In this document: positions 14,274 through 28,612 of the stretch, one piece after another
Position numbering within the stretch: the stretch's first letter is position 1
Layout: each line of letters opens with the position of its first letter
Source of the DNA: Octopus vulgaris
Lineage: Eukaryota
Assembly: GCA_951406725.2 (NCBI GenBank)
Contig: OX597831.1
Coordinates: forward strand, 24,056,001-24,120,000
Length of the DNA stretch: 64,000 bases
Reading direction: 5' to 3'
Position numbers and translations under genes: made by a program
Notes under the pieces: generated by a model
Told to the model about the DNA's origin: nothing
Databases searched by the model: none
What the model saw: only the letters and a program-made list of their open reading frames with translations

Positions 14274-14501
14274 GTATTTCTTTACTACCCACAAGGGGCT
14301 AAACACAGAGGGGACAAACAAGGACAGACAAACGGATTAAGTCGATTACATCGATCCCAGTGCGTAACTGGTTCTTATTTAATCGACCCCGAAAGGATGA
14401 AAGGCAAAGTCGACCTTGGCGGAATTTGAACTCAGAACGTAATGGCAGACTAAATACGGCTACGCATTTCGCCCGGCGTGCTAACGTTTCTGCCAACTCG
14501 C
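14274..14501 (-). mobile_element. Nin/Deu-domain SINE (family E) with 13-bp TSD
   Basis: TSD CTGGTGTCAATAT at 14261-14273 and 14502-14514. A plus-strand copy follows at ~14565-14780. Confidence 0.88.
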
Positions 14502-15444
14502 CTGGTGTCAATATAATCAACTTAACCACCCAAATTGCCGGGCTTGTTCTAAAATTTGAAATTCGTTGAGCTAGCAGAACCATTAGCATGCTGGACAAAC
14601 TGCTTAGTGGATATTTCTCCTGCATTTATTTTCCGAGTTCAAATCCCACCAAGGTTGACTTTGCCTTTCATCCTTTCAGGGTCGATGAATTAAGTATCAG
14701 TGAAATGCTGGGGTGGATATAATCGACTAGGCCCTTTCCCTCAAGAAATTTCAGGTCATGTGCCTTAAGGAGAAAGGATTTATTATTGAGTGAGTGAGCA
14801 GCACATGCCATCAAAGTGATACTGGGGAACAACTACACGAAGCCCAATATACCCATCATGACTACCAGTCTGTTAAGGGTGCATCAGGTGCATGCATCAC
14901 ATTCATATGTACACGACATGGTGATCTCATATCAAGATAACCAGCACAATACCTTGCAGGTGGGACCCAATTAGAATTTTTCTTTGGGTCAAATAACCCA
15001 TCACAAACCTGACGAAGGTATATTTAAAGATGAAGAATGAGACACACATGTTTCCAGAGGCAAATTATTCAAACCTCAAAGAATTCCTCTCAACACATGG
15101 CTATGATGCTCCCCAACTACTTCTGCTCATGATCTGAGATGCACATATCGTCAGCCACTAAGGGATATGCTCAACTGGTCAAGGTCAAGCAAATCTGTGG
15201 TATTGAGCAAAATATTTGCTGTAGCCCATCTGTTATACCAAGAAAAACAGGTACATGATAACACTTCCAATCAGCTAAGATCAAAATCCACAAGACTCAC
15301 TGCCTGGTACTGAAACAAGGAATTTATTACTATTACTACTATTATCATTATCCAATTCTTTCAATTTTGTTACCATCTCTTGCCCAGTGTCTTCCCAACA
15401 CCTAGGGCAAAGAAACTCACTGTATACATTGGCAAGACATCAAT

Positions 15445-15765
<321 letters not shown>

Positions 15766-16139
15766 TAGTAGTCTTATTTTTATCATGTGCTTTCACCGCA
15801 CTACCGAGCGCAGCTCTGTATGCCTTGGGTATGTGCTGTGGTTTGTTGCTATACACCTACTTAGGTTGACTGCAGCAGATGTTGAATCCAGAAAACAGTA
15901 ATATAAAACTAGACAGAGTAAACTTTTTAATTTGAAAGTCTGTAGCTTCACTGATTCACTACCTTCTTTCTGTGCCTTTCTAAGTCAGTCACAAAACCAT
16001 TGGGTTTGCACTTATTATACTCTTAACAATATAGGAAACTCACCAGACCTGCTGGCGGAAGGCACATAATGTCTGTAATATTGGAGGTAGAAATACAAGC
16101 TCGGTCAGTCAGGGTTGCGATAAATACATTTTCTATTCA

Positions 16140-16352
16140 AGAAGATGCTGTAAAGTTCTTGGCTATAATGGTGTCATGAAGGGCCTGGCTAGAGGCCCAA
16201 CCTTATGAGTTTTTTACAAGGTTTAAAAAAACTGAAGGACTGTTGCAATAAGTGTGTGAATCTGAGAGAGGAATATGATGGATAAAATCATAATTAACTA
16301 ATCCTCCTGTATTTTCTTTTACCCAAAGCCCAAAACTTTTCAGCACCCCTTA
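16140..16352. mobile_element. Degenerate Tc1/mariner-type MITE
   Basis: Imperfect terminal inverted repeats (TIRs): GATGCTGTAAAGTTCTTGGCT vs AGCCCAAAACTTTTCAGCACCCCTTA. Confidence 0.45.
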
Positions 16353-16514
16353 GTGTGTGTGTATTTATATATATATATATATATTAATAATATCAGGGTA
16401 ATAAGGATTTCAGAAATTTTTAATACCAGTAGCCTAGCATGTAGAAAAATTAGTCACTAGAATATATATTATTCATATAAATGTACACTGTGTATATATA
16501 TATATATATATATA

Positions 16515-16642
16515 TGGTGTGGCTGGGGGTAAGACGATTGCTTCCCAACCACATGGTTCCTGGTTCAGTCCCTCTGCGTGGCTACTTAGGCCAGTGCCTT
16601 CTACTATTACCTCAGGCTGAAAAATGCCTGTCATCTATCTGC

Positions 16643-16718
<76 letters not shown>

Positions 16719-16978
16719 ATATATATATATATATTTATCTATCTATATATTTATTTATTTATATATGTGTGTTTCTGTATTTAACCCCCACCATCATTTG
16801 ACAACTGATGCTGGTGTGTTTATGTCCCCCGTAACTTAGCAGTTTGGCAAAAGAAACCGATAGAATAAGTACTAGGCTTACAAAGAGTAAGTCCTGCAGT
16901 TTATTTCTTCCACTAAAAAACTCTTAAAGGTGGTGCTCCATTATGACCACAGCCAAAAGCCTGAAACATATAAAAGAA
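16515..16978 (+). mobile_element. SINE family D, internally deleted, with (TCTA)n
   Basis: Family-D head and tail flank a TCTA/TA tract. Confidence 0.8.
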
Positions 16979-17539
16979 TGTGTGTGTGTGTGTGTTTAGC
17001 TATATATACATTTATACATACATTCCCATATATGTTTGCACCTTATGTACGTCAAACTGGCCCTTTGCAATAATGCCACTAAGCCTCTGGTAACCAGGAA
17101 GGTTCCCTAATCTTAATTTTAAATGCAAGTGTTAGGCGAAGTGAAGCTTTATGGAAATACTGGTGCGAATGGCTGTGAGGTGGGATTGAACCTAAGATCT
17201 TTATGTTGTGAACCAAACTTTTAACCAGCAACCAAACATACATGCACACATACACATGCGTTTACACAGACAAAATGCACCAATACTCACACAAATACAC
17301 ACGGATCTGTGCATCTATGAACATATGAGTGAGTGAGTGAGTGAGTGAGGGAGTGTGCGTGCATGCAAACACACTCAGTCGCACACGGACAGATACGCTT
17401 ACACATAAAGTTACTCAATCTGTCATCCATAAATACATATATACAGATGCAATAATAGTTTACGTATTTTTAAAACTCCTGTTGAGTAATTGAAATATAT
17501 TCTCCGGTATGTATATTTAAAAAGAACAGAGACACAACA

Positions 17540-18545
<1,006 letters not shown>

Positions 18546-19339
18546 TCCTCATCGGTGTTTTAGAATAATTCATCTATTAGTTAGTTAGTTGGGATTTTTC
18601 TTTCTTTCTTTCTTTTGCTGTAGCTTTTCTTCTTTAGTTGTTATTTTACTTTATTTTTTTTTTTTTTATTTCTTTACCTTCTTTGTGCGAAGAATCTCTG
18701 CTAAAACGTATATCCATATAACTTATCTAGCTGTGACTGAAAGTTTTTCTTCATTCTCATTATTATTTAAAAACTCTTTCGTTCATTTATATTTTTACCA
18801 TTTTTTTCCCCCCCTTCAAATCTTTCAAACTTATATTTTAATGCTCTCTTTTAGTATTCAGCTCGCTTCTTAAATTTCAAATCAGTTTCACTTACAATTT
18901 AAATTTTCTAGATAATTAAACTCATCTTTCATGGAAAATTTTTGGTGGAGGGGGGGGGCATTTTTGTATAATGGTGAGTAATTCACTCTTTTTTAATTCT
19001 CCACATTTTCTTTCAAATAGTTCCAATCATATTGCAATAACTCATCACAGGAATTTAGACATGTAATTTCCACTTAGAGTGCGAAATACCGGGACTGGGT
19101 GGGTTATTATTTTTCAATGTTATTTTTTAAATTTTATTTCTATTTATTTATTCATGTTCTTATAACACCAAAATCTGTATATTTGTTTTGTCATCTCTCT
19201 ATACTTGTAGGAATATAAATGTGGATACATTATATATAAACAAACACACACCTATCTACCTATCTATCTATCTATCTATCTACCTATCTATCTATCTATC
19301 CATCCATCTAGCTATCTATCTAACTATCTATCTATCTCT

Positions 19340-19381
<42 letters not shown>

Positions 19382-19660
19382 TGCAAAACTGAGTAATGCC
19401 ATCTGATTGATAACTATGCCACCCTTCTATCCGTTTGTGCACTCAATATATGTTATATGTTGTTTACATTTTGCTTGTGCATTTCGGCTTTTATGATCAG
19501 TAAGTTTATATATATATATATATATAATTGTATATACATACATATATATATATACACACACACATATATATATACACATATATATATGTATATATATACA
19601 CACACATATATACATACATATATACATATATATATTATATATATTATATATATATTGTAT

Positions 19661-19989
19661 GCATGGCTCAGTGGTTAGAGCGTCGAGCTTACGATCGTGA
19701 GGTTGTGAGCTCGAATCCCGAACCGGGCTGCATGTTGTGTTCTTGAGCAAGACACTATATTTCACGTTGCTCCAGTTCACTCAGCTGTAGAAATGAGTTG
19801 CGACGTCACTGGTGCCAAGCTGTAGCGACCTTTGTCTTTCCCTTGGATAACAGTAGTGGCATGGAGAGGGAAGGCTGGTATGCATGGGCGACTGCTGGTC
19901 TTCCATAAAACAACCTTGCCCGGACTTGTGTCTAGGAGGGTAACTTTCTAGGTGCAATCCCATGGTCATTCATGACCGAAGGGGGTCTT
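19661..19989 (+). mobile_element. SINE family B
   Basis: Well-preserved copy: TGGCTCAGTGGTTAGAGCG..GCTCGAATCCC..CATGACCGAAGGGGGTCT. Confidence 0.9.
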
Positions 19990-20217
19990 TATATATATTA
20001 TATTATATTATATACATATACGCACATACACATGCATAAACAGACAGATGGATGAATAGAAGGACAGTCAGACAGACAAACAGTTTGACAGACAGTCTGA
20101 CAAACAGATATACAGACAGATTGAGAGTTATGGAAGAAATAAGCTTTTACAATAATTCCACACATGGATTCCATTTCACCATGTTAAAACAAACATTAAA
20201 TTGGCTAACAAACAAAT

Positions 20218-20265
<48 letters not shown>

Positions 20266-20271
20266 ACACAT

Positions 20272-20305
<34 letters not shown>

Positions 20306-20846
20306 ATACACATACACAAATATATAAACACATGCTCATGCCTATATAGATCATGTCCACTTTCTCCTTTCAAAATGGATTGTGTCCCAAACTTCACTGT
20401 TAACATCTTCCAACTCACTCACACAGAAATGGAAAACAGAAATCTTTGTGATTGTGTATTTCTCACTGAGAGAACTACTCTTTATTATTATTATGCTCTC
20501 GATACTAAAGTGCTTGTCCTATATAGTAGGGTTAAGGAGGTACCCTATCATATAACCGTTTTTATTTGGTCTTATTGCCCTCATAAACAGTTAATCTATG
20601 ATGTGGCACACATAATCCACATTTCAGTGTGCATGTTTTTTTGTATTTTTGTATGCTGTTTTATGTTTTGGTGCCATGACTATAATTGGGGTTGTCTCAG
20701 GTAGTAGCACTAAATAATCTCTCTTTGCCTTACATCATTTCTTATTTGGAATAAAGGCTCTCTTAGACACTTAGGCCACAACGCAGTTTGCAGAATCCAA
20801 TTATGTTTTTGCACTCCATTCTTAAAAGTGGTTTTGTTTTTTTTAG

Positions 20847-21145
20847 CCCTTTAGCATTCAGATTAACCTGTCTAAGGTAATGCTTATATTTATTCACATT
20901 ACTTTGAATTAATTATGCATTATGTCTTAGCAATTATCAGAAAGGCAATCCTTATTGTGCTAGAACAGAGAAGTTATCCTACCAGTTATTATTGGAGTCT
21001 TGAAAGTCAGCAGTATTTCCTCGATGTGGTTGTGTATTTTTGTAATGACATTATAGGGTAGGTGTGAGAGACCACACCTGATCAGTTCAAACATAAAACA
21101 GGGGGACGATTTGGACCTGATATGGCCAGTTGAAATGCTAAAGGA
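20847..21145. mobile_element. piggyBac-type MITE, family 1
   Basis: TTAG|CCCTTTAGCATT ... AATGCTAAAGGA|TTAA. A related copy lies at ~32316-32830. Confidence 0.75.
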
Positions 21146-21814
21146 TTAATCATGTCTTATTTGGAGGGATAGTCTGCAATGCTTCTTACAGAACCTGTTT
21201 CCTTCAAACATTTCATTATTAGCATGGTATCCTTGTTTGTTTTCTCTTTCTATGACCACAGACTTGATGCAGTTTATCATTTCACAGGTGACATTTTTCC
21301 ACTACATCAGTTTTTTTCTTGAAGTTAATGCTTTTCTAAACAGTTTGTTTCTGTTGTAGTGGTGTTAATATTTGCTCTGTTTTGGGAATACTTTTACAGC
21401 AAGTTGCTCTTATCTTTGGGTTTATATCAGAGCTCTTAGGAAAGAAGATGATCTCTGATATGGAGTTAGTTGGGGAAACATCTGCATCTCAATCTTTACA
21501 ACCCAATGCTTTTCATTTTTGCATGTTCAACAAAATGTGCACATATGTGTCACCACCATTTTTACACCCACACACACACACACACATGCACACACATGCA
21601 CACGTGTGTGTGCACGTGTGTACTTGTGGAAACACTTTGTCTGAAAACATCAGGTGAATTGTCATAACCAAAACATTACGATGACCATAATAAGCTCAGA
21701 AGGCAATATCAAATATCAAGAGAGCCAAAAAAGGCCATTTTTATTAAACAATTAACAACAATTAACAGTTGCACGAGGTTAAGTAAAGCAGTATAATGAA
21801 ATATTGGAGTAACT

Positions 21815-22040
21815 GGAGGTGGAGAGCTGGCAGAAAGGTGGAGAGAAGGCAAAATCGTTAGCACACCGGGAGAAATGCTTAGCAGTATTTCGTCTATCTT
21901 TACATTCTGAGTTCAAATTCCACTGAGGTCGTCTTTACTTTTCATCCTTTTGGGGTCGATAAATTAAATACCAGTTGCATACTAGGGTCAATCTAATTGA
22001 CTGGATCAAAATTTCGGGCCCTGTGCCTAGAGTAGAAAAG
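21815..22040 (+). mobile_element. Nin/Deu-domain SINE with 15-bp TSD
   Basis: TSD AATATTGGAGTAACT at 21800-21814 and 22041-22055. Confidence 0.87.
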
Positions 22041-22150
22041 AATATTGGAGTAACTTTACTCTACAGGTGTGTAGCATAAAGGTCAAGGTATCTCACCAGG
22101 TTGAACCACTACTCCTCTGCTTTGACCGATCGTAACTCCAGTATCAAAAG

Positions 22151-22446
22151 AACCTCCTTAAGTCATGAATGACCATGGGATTGCACCTAGAAAGTTACCC
22201 TCCGAGGCACAAGTCCAGGCATACCAGCCCCACTCTCTATGTCACTGATGTCTCCCCAGGGAAAAGCAAAGGCTGATACAGCTTGGCACCTGCGATGTTG
22301 CAACTCATTTCTACAGCTGAGTGAACTGAAGTAACATAAAATGACGTGTCTTGCCCAAGAACACAACACACAACCTGGTCCAGGAATTGAACTCACTACC
22401 TCATGACTGTGAGCCCAATGTTCTAACCGCTGAGCCATGCACCTTC
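22151..22446 (-). mobile_element. SINE family B, internally deleted
   Basis: Reverse complement of family B lacking ~40 bp of the middle. Confidence 0.8.
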
Positions 22447-22649
22447 AGTATTACAGACATGTGATTAGTAAAGAACCACAAGAGGAATTCTCCAAGCCTT
22501 GCCAATTGACAAGAGGCCTAGGATTAGGTCAGGAATGAGTAGTTTGCATTTAGGAACCCAGCTGTAAATTGTAATGACAGTTGCTTCTGAAGAGGTGCCT
22601 GAGGACTCTACCTCTAGGACCCTCCCAGGACTGGTAAGCAGAGAAAATG

Positions 22650-23310
22650 TGTGTGTGATAAGAAGCTTGCTTCCCAAGTACATGGCGCAGTGTTCAGTCC
22701 CACTGCATGGCACCTTGGTCAAGTGTTCTCTACAATAGCCTTGGGCCAGTCAAAGCCTTGTGAATGGATTTGGTAGACAGAACTGAAAGAAGGTGGTGAG
22801 CTGGCAGAAATATTAGCACACCGGGTGAAATGCTTAGCGGTATTTCGTCTGCTGTTACATTCTGAGTTCAAATTCTGCCAAGGTCGACTTAGCCTTTCAT
22901 CCTTTCAGGGTCGATAAATTAAGTACAGTTATGCACTGGGGTTGATGTAATCGGCTTAATACCTTTGTCTGTCTGTGTTTGTCCCCTCTGTGTTTAGTTC
23001 CTTGTGGGCAATAAAAAAATAAGAACTGAAAGAAGCCTGTCATGTGTGTTTGTGTGTGTGTGTGTGTGTGAGTGTGTGTGTGTGTCTGTGTGTCTATGTG
23101 TGTGCCTGTGTTTGTCCCTACAACTGCTTGACAGCAAGTGTTGGTGTGTTTACATCCCTGTAACTCAGCAGTTCAACACAAGAGACCGATGTAATAAGTA
23201 CTAAGTATAAAAAATAAAATAACTCAGTGGTTGTTTTGTTCAACTAAAACTCTTCAAGGTTGTGCCCCAGCATGGCGACACTCAAATGACGGAAACAAGT
23301 AAAAGATAAA
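22650..23310 (+). mobile_element. SINE family D interrupted by a Nin-domain SINE (22791-23021)
   Basis: The insert is flanked by a duplicated AGAACTGAAAGA (22779-22790, 23022-23033). Confidence 0.85.
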
Positions 23311-24140
23311 AAATAGAAGATAAATAGATGAAGAAGAAAGTTCTAACACATTGAAAAATTGCCTGTATGAGAGCCTTTATGTGGTTGCTTTAGCTGTTAG
23401 AAATAGCAACCAAATCTCACCAAAATTCATATCCTGGCTCAGCTTTAATATAGGGATGACACATTTGGCAATGTACTCTTAGATTCTCAATGAAAATCAA
23501 TATGGTCGTTGCTGGGATTGATCTGGGTGGTTATACACGAGCAGCAAACCTGAAAGGAGTTTTTGGGTTTAAGACAAGATAAGAAGAGTTCGATGCAGAA
23601 AAAGCAGAAAGAGAGCCAGAATACCGATGAGGATATTACCTGAGTCTCAATGTCATTCAAAGTGACAGGATAAAAACTCAAATCAGATCGATGACAGAAC
23701 ATGTATATACTTGATATAGAACATGATTTTTCGGTCAGCAATGGAGCTGATAGTAAATTTCATTTCATAACCAGTTTGAACTTTCTTCAACAAGAGTTCC
23801 AATATTGGCAGTTAATTTAGTGGTTTACATGGAGAAACAAGCTCTGCTGGAATTTGCCACGAAGTCACGTTTTAGAATAAGGCAATAAGTATGGCAAAAA
23901 TCGAAGATGTAGCAATAAATTGCAAAAAACAATAAAAACAAAAAAAAATGGGGAAAAAAAGCAAGCAAAAAACAATGTATTGCATGGGCAGAGTGTATGA
24001 ACACACACATATGTATTAATGCATGTGTGTTTGTATGAGTGTGTATGTGTGCATATTGGTATGTGTATGTGTGTGTGTGTGTGTGTGTGTATATATGCAT
24101 GCATATATACATGCTTATATGCACATATATATGTACAGAT

Positions 24141-24184
<44 letters not shown>

Positions 24185-24292
24185 GCATATATATATATAC
24201 ATACATGTATATATATATATAGACATATACATGTATACATATATACATATATATATATACACACACACACACACATATGTATATATATACAT

Positions 24293-24326
<34 letters not shown>

Positions 24327-24440
24327 TATGTGTATATATATATATATATATACATATAATATTGATATATATGTATATGTGTGTGTATGCAAGCTTGTAT
24401 AACTATATACTATCTATCTATCTATCTTCTATCTATCTAT

Positions 24441-24476
<36 letters not shown>

Positions 24477-24560
24477 AAGGGTGAAAGGAAACACGGTTGA
24501 TATATATGAAAAAACAAGTAAAAAATAGAAAATGCTAAAATAATTTTATAGTGAACATTT

Positions 24561-24598
24561 CAGTACCGGTTTCGGTCATTTTGAGACCTTTTCAACTG
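24561..24598 (-). ncRNA. Minimal hammerhead motif in the inverted pLTR (U3-A8 variant)
   Basis: Exact reverse complement of 26277-26314. Confidence 0.6.
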
Positions 24599-24639
24599 TA
24601 ACGATTAAATAATTAAATTTAGAAAAATTAGAAGAAAAT

Positions 24640-25300
24640 ATCCCCCAACCTAGACAGAGAATCAATTCTGGCTATACGAACGAACTATCAAAAGAATTTG
24701 TGATAGAAGGGGTTAAATTCATCCTGGAAAATAACTTCTTCTTCAATGACAACTTCTACCGACAAAATCGGGGACTGCGATGGGTACACAATGCCCCCTC
24801 CTTTGCCAACCTAGTCATAGGATACCTAGAATCAGTCTGTATCGTAGGTTCTAGAAAGATATGGCAGCCCTTTCTCCATCTACATAGAAAACAACTGGAA
24901 GAGATATCTAGATGACTGTTTCATCCTTTGGCATAAAAATATAGAAAAACTCATAGAATTCCAGAAAATTTTAAACGGACTGGACGTAAACATCAATTCA
25001 CGATGGAATATAGCCAACAACAACTCCCCTTCCTCGATATCCTCATTAAGAAAGCTAATAATATAATAGAAACAGACATATCTATAAGCCTACAGACTCT
25101 AAGCAATATCTTCCATTCAATTCATGCCACCAGACACACCAGGATGAATATCCCCTTCAATCTACAAAAGGATATGACTATAGTCCTAACAAACACCAGA
25201 GACACACGACTACAAGAACTAAAAGATACCCTAATCACCAGAACTATCCACCTTCACTTATTGACAAGTGCATATGCCCTTCATTAACATCAAGGAACTG
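24640..25300 (+). pseudogene. Penelope-type reverse transcriptase remnant (frameshifted)
   Basis: Across frameshifts: FILENNFFFNDNFYRQ..GTAMGT..APSFANL..WKRYLDDCFILW (YLDD at 24905-24916)..MEYSQQQLPFLDILI..ETDI..YKPTDSKQYLPFNSCH..NIPFNL, the PLE RT motif order. Confidence 0.88.
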
Positions 25301-25784
25301 ATAAATCAAGAAAAACTATATACATCTCCACACACAACCCTCTCATATCCTCCACAACATACCCCTCTAAAAAAGACCACAGAATGAACACAATCCTCCA
25401 TCATATAGATCATGAGCAGTACATATGGTTTGCGTAAACGATACAGATCCCAGATAAAATTCCCCAAAACAGAAAAATAGCTTTTAGCCAACACATAGAT
25501 ACTTGCCAACAAAAAACACCAAACTTCAGAATTTTCCCCCTCTACCAATTTAGGGACGATACAACCTCGAGACAAAGAATAAGTAAAGAAAATCTCTTTA
25601 TTACAAAATACAAGCCACTTCTTAACGGGTCTACGACAAACAATTAATATACTCAACTTAGAATAAAAGAAAAAAATATATACACACACAAATACTACAC
25701 TCCATAGAATCCATTACTAATCAGCCCCTTCATAGCTATATTTACACCCATTCATATTCTCCCTTCTCTGTTTTTTCTTGTTAT

Positions 25785-25995
25785 CATCATCTCATCATCA
25801 TCACCACCATCTTCTCCTTCTCCTTCTTCTTCTTCTTCTTCTTCTTCTTCTTCTTCTTCTTCTTCTTCTTCTTCTTCTTCTTCTTCTTCTTCTTCTTCAT
25901 CATCGTTATCATCATCGTCGTCATAATCTCATCATCTTCTCCTTCTCCTTCTTCTTCTTCTTCTTCTTCTTCTTCTTCTTCTTCTTCTTCTTCTC
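25785..25995. repeat. (CAT)n/(CTT)n microsatellite inside the PLE 3' region
   Basis: Long CTT trinucleotide tracts. Confidence 0.9.
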
Positions 25996-26276
25996 CCACC
26001 CTACCCCTTAAGTTTGTCACTAATGTTTTTTAGTATAACTACGCTAATTCTATAAACAATTGAACTGAGACTGCCAGCCGCCACTGACCATTCAAAATAC
26101 GACCATCAGGGCACTATTCTCCCACCCCCTATACTACCCACCAGAACTACAACTAACACACAAGTGCAAACAAGGAGTCAGAGAAAGGCAGAATGCCATT
26201 AAATCTGATACTATAGAAATATTCTTTTAAAAAAACTTTTCTTCTAATTTTTCTAAATTTAATTATTTAATCGTTA

Positions 26277-26314
26277 CAGTTGAAAAGGTCTCAAAATGAC
26301 CGAAACCGGTACTG
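26277..26314 (+). ncRNA. Minimal hammerhead motif in the 3' pLTR (U3-A8 variant)
   Basis: CAG-TTGAAAA-GGTC-TCAAAAT-GACC-GAAA-CCGG-TA-CTG: stem I CAG/CTG, 4-bp stem II, palindromic ACCGGT stem III. Confidence 0.65.
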
Positions 26315-26422
26315 AAATGTTCACTATAAAATTATTTTAGCATTTTCTATTTTTACTTGTTTTTTCATATATATATATATATATAGTTATCCATACACAC
26401 ACACATGCACACACATATACAG

Positions 26423-26465
<43 letters not shown>

Positions 26466-26624
26466 CATAAACTGTTGCATATGCACATATTTACATTTTA
26501 TTTTATTTGTTTTTAATCCCTAATTCCCCCCTGAACAACCTTATCATCACCAGCGTCCCCATCCACTACACCATAGCTATCATCCTCATCAACCTTGTCT
26601 TTATCTCTTTATCCATTTTCTTTT

Positions 26625-26673
<49 letters not shown>

Positions 26674-27159
26674 CATTTCTTCTTTTTTTTTTCTCACTGT
26701 CATAAGTAATACAATATGTGTGCCACAGAACATTTTCTGCTTCTTTTTTTTTGGTTTTCTTCTTTCTGGTATTGGTAGAAAAATCTCTAATTCCGTGCCC
26801 CCCACCTCAAAAAAAAAAAAAAAAATCTAAAGTCTGGTTAGTAATAGATAATTATTATCATTGTCCTCATAAGATCATCGTTATGTTTTTCCCCCCTTCA
26901 TTATCATGATCACTGTTACATTTACAAGTGTGTCGTTTCGACTGGCTTAATTGACCCGGTGGCGGTGGTGGTGGTGGCGCCAGCGGCGGCGGTGGCGGCG
27001 TTGGTGGTGGTGTTGGTGGTGGAAAGGTGGGATATTATATGTTACAGGTAATTATTGAATCAACCTAACTTACGTAATTTCTACTAAAATTACTGTCTCC
27101 TAACGAGATGAAGGGGGAAAAAGTCAATTGAATTGACACGATATGACCAGTATTCATTT

Positions 27160-28612
27160 AGCTAACATTGGTTTCTAATTCTAGCACCTTGTCAGCAATT
27201 TGGGAAGGGGCATAAGTCAGTTACATCGACCCCAGTGCTCAGCTGGTACTTATTGTATTGACCCCAAAATGGACAAAAGCAAAGAACTCGGAATATAAAC
27301 ATGGATGAAATACCACTGAGCATTTTGCCCATCATGCTAACAGTTCTGCCAGCTTGCTGCTAATATTGGTTTCATCCATTTGCCAGCCTCGTCTGGCACC
27401 TGTGCTGGTGGCACGTAAAAAGCACCCACTACACTCACGGAGTGGTTGAAGTTAAGAAGGGCATCCAGCCGTAGAAACATTGCCAGATCAGACTGGGCCT
27501 GGTGCAGCCTTCTGGCTCCTCAGACCACAGTTGAACCATCCAACCCATGCTAGAATGGAAAGTGGACGCTAAACGATGATGATGATATAGGCACAAGACC
27601 AGCAATTCTGAGGTGAAGCAGGGGAGTAAGTCGATTACATCAACCCAAGTGCTCAACTGGTATTTATTTTATCAAAGCCAAAACAGATCACAAACAAAGT
27701 TGACCTCAGAGGAATTTGAACACAGAGAATAAAGACGGACGAAATGCTGCTAACCGTTTTGTTTGTCCTGCTAATGATTCTGCCAGCTCATTGCCAATAT
27801 TGGTTTCATAAAAGACGGTGAGCTGGCAGAATTGTTAGCACGCTGGGCAAAATGCTAAGTGGTATTTCACTTGCTGTTATGTTCTGAGTTCAAATTCCAC
27901 TGAGGTTGACTTTGCCTTTCATCCTTTCAGGCTCGATAAACCAAGTACCAGTCATGTACTGGGGTCGATCTAATCGACTGGCCTCCACCCCAAAAATTTC
28001 GGGCCTTGTGCCTAGAGTAGAAAGGAATATTTTGCAGGACTAAGGCGGTGAGCTGGCAGAATCGTTAGCACGCTGGGTGAAATGCTAAGCAGTATTTTGT
28101 CTGCTGTTATGTTCTGAGTTCCAATTCTACTGAGGTCGACTTTGCCTTTCATCCTTTTGGGGTCGATAAATTAAGTACCAGTTACGCACTGAGGTCGATG
28201 TAATTGACTTAGACCCTTTGTCTGTCCTTGTTTGTCTCCTCTATGTTTAGCCCCTTGTGGGCAATAAAGAAAGAAACAAGTACCAGTTATGCACTGGTGT
28301 CGATGTAATTGACTTAATCCTTTTGTCTGTCTTTGCTTATTCCCTCTATGTTTAACCCCTTGTGGGCAATAAAGAAAGAAATATTGGTTTCATATTTTGG
28401 CACAAGACCAGCCAATTTGAGGGAGGGTATAAGTCGATTACATTGACCCCAGGGCTCAACTAGTACTTATTTTATTGACCCCAAAAGAGATAAAAGGCAA
28501 GATCAACCTTGGCAGAGTTTGAACCCTGTACATAAAGACAGATGAAAATGCCATGAAGCATTTTGCTCAGTGCGCTAATTTTTCTACTAGCTCACCGCCT
28601 AATTTGTTTAGC
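27160..28612. mobile_element. Nested cluster of five Nin-domain SINEs plus an RTE-type 3' tail
   Basis: Minus copies at ~27165-27360, ~27590-27790 and ~28385-28600; plus copies at 27812-28025 and 28042-28379 (duplicated tail). RTE-like tail at 27381-27586 ends in (GAT)n. Confidence 0.85.

Larger units (their letters stand above)
24508..26366 (+). mobile_element. 5'-truncated Penelope-like retroelement with inverted pseudo-LTR
   Basis: 24508-24638 is the reverse complement of 26237-26366 (one homopolymer-length difference). It contains internal RT remnants and is bounded by TA repeats. Confidence 0.9.

Noticed and set aside
14790-15320. High-complexity ~530-bp segment that looks like a dispersed repeat
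   Set aside because: No second copy, ORF, TIR or TSD is visible in the window, so it cannot be classified.
19661-19735. tRNA gene-like sequence (also the heads at 1001, 3270 and 35563)
   Set aside because: A/B boxes are present, but they continue into SINE bodies repeated across the window and form no complete cloverleaf.
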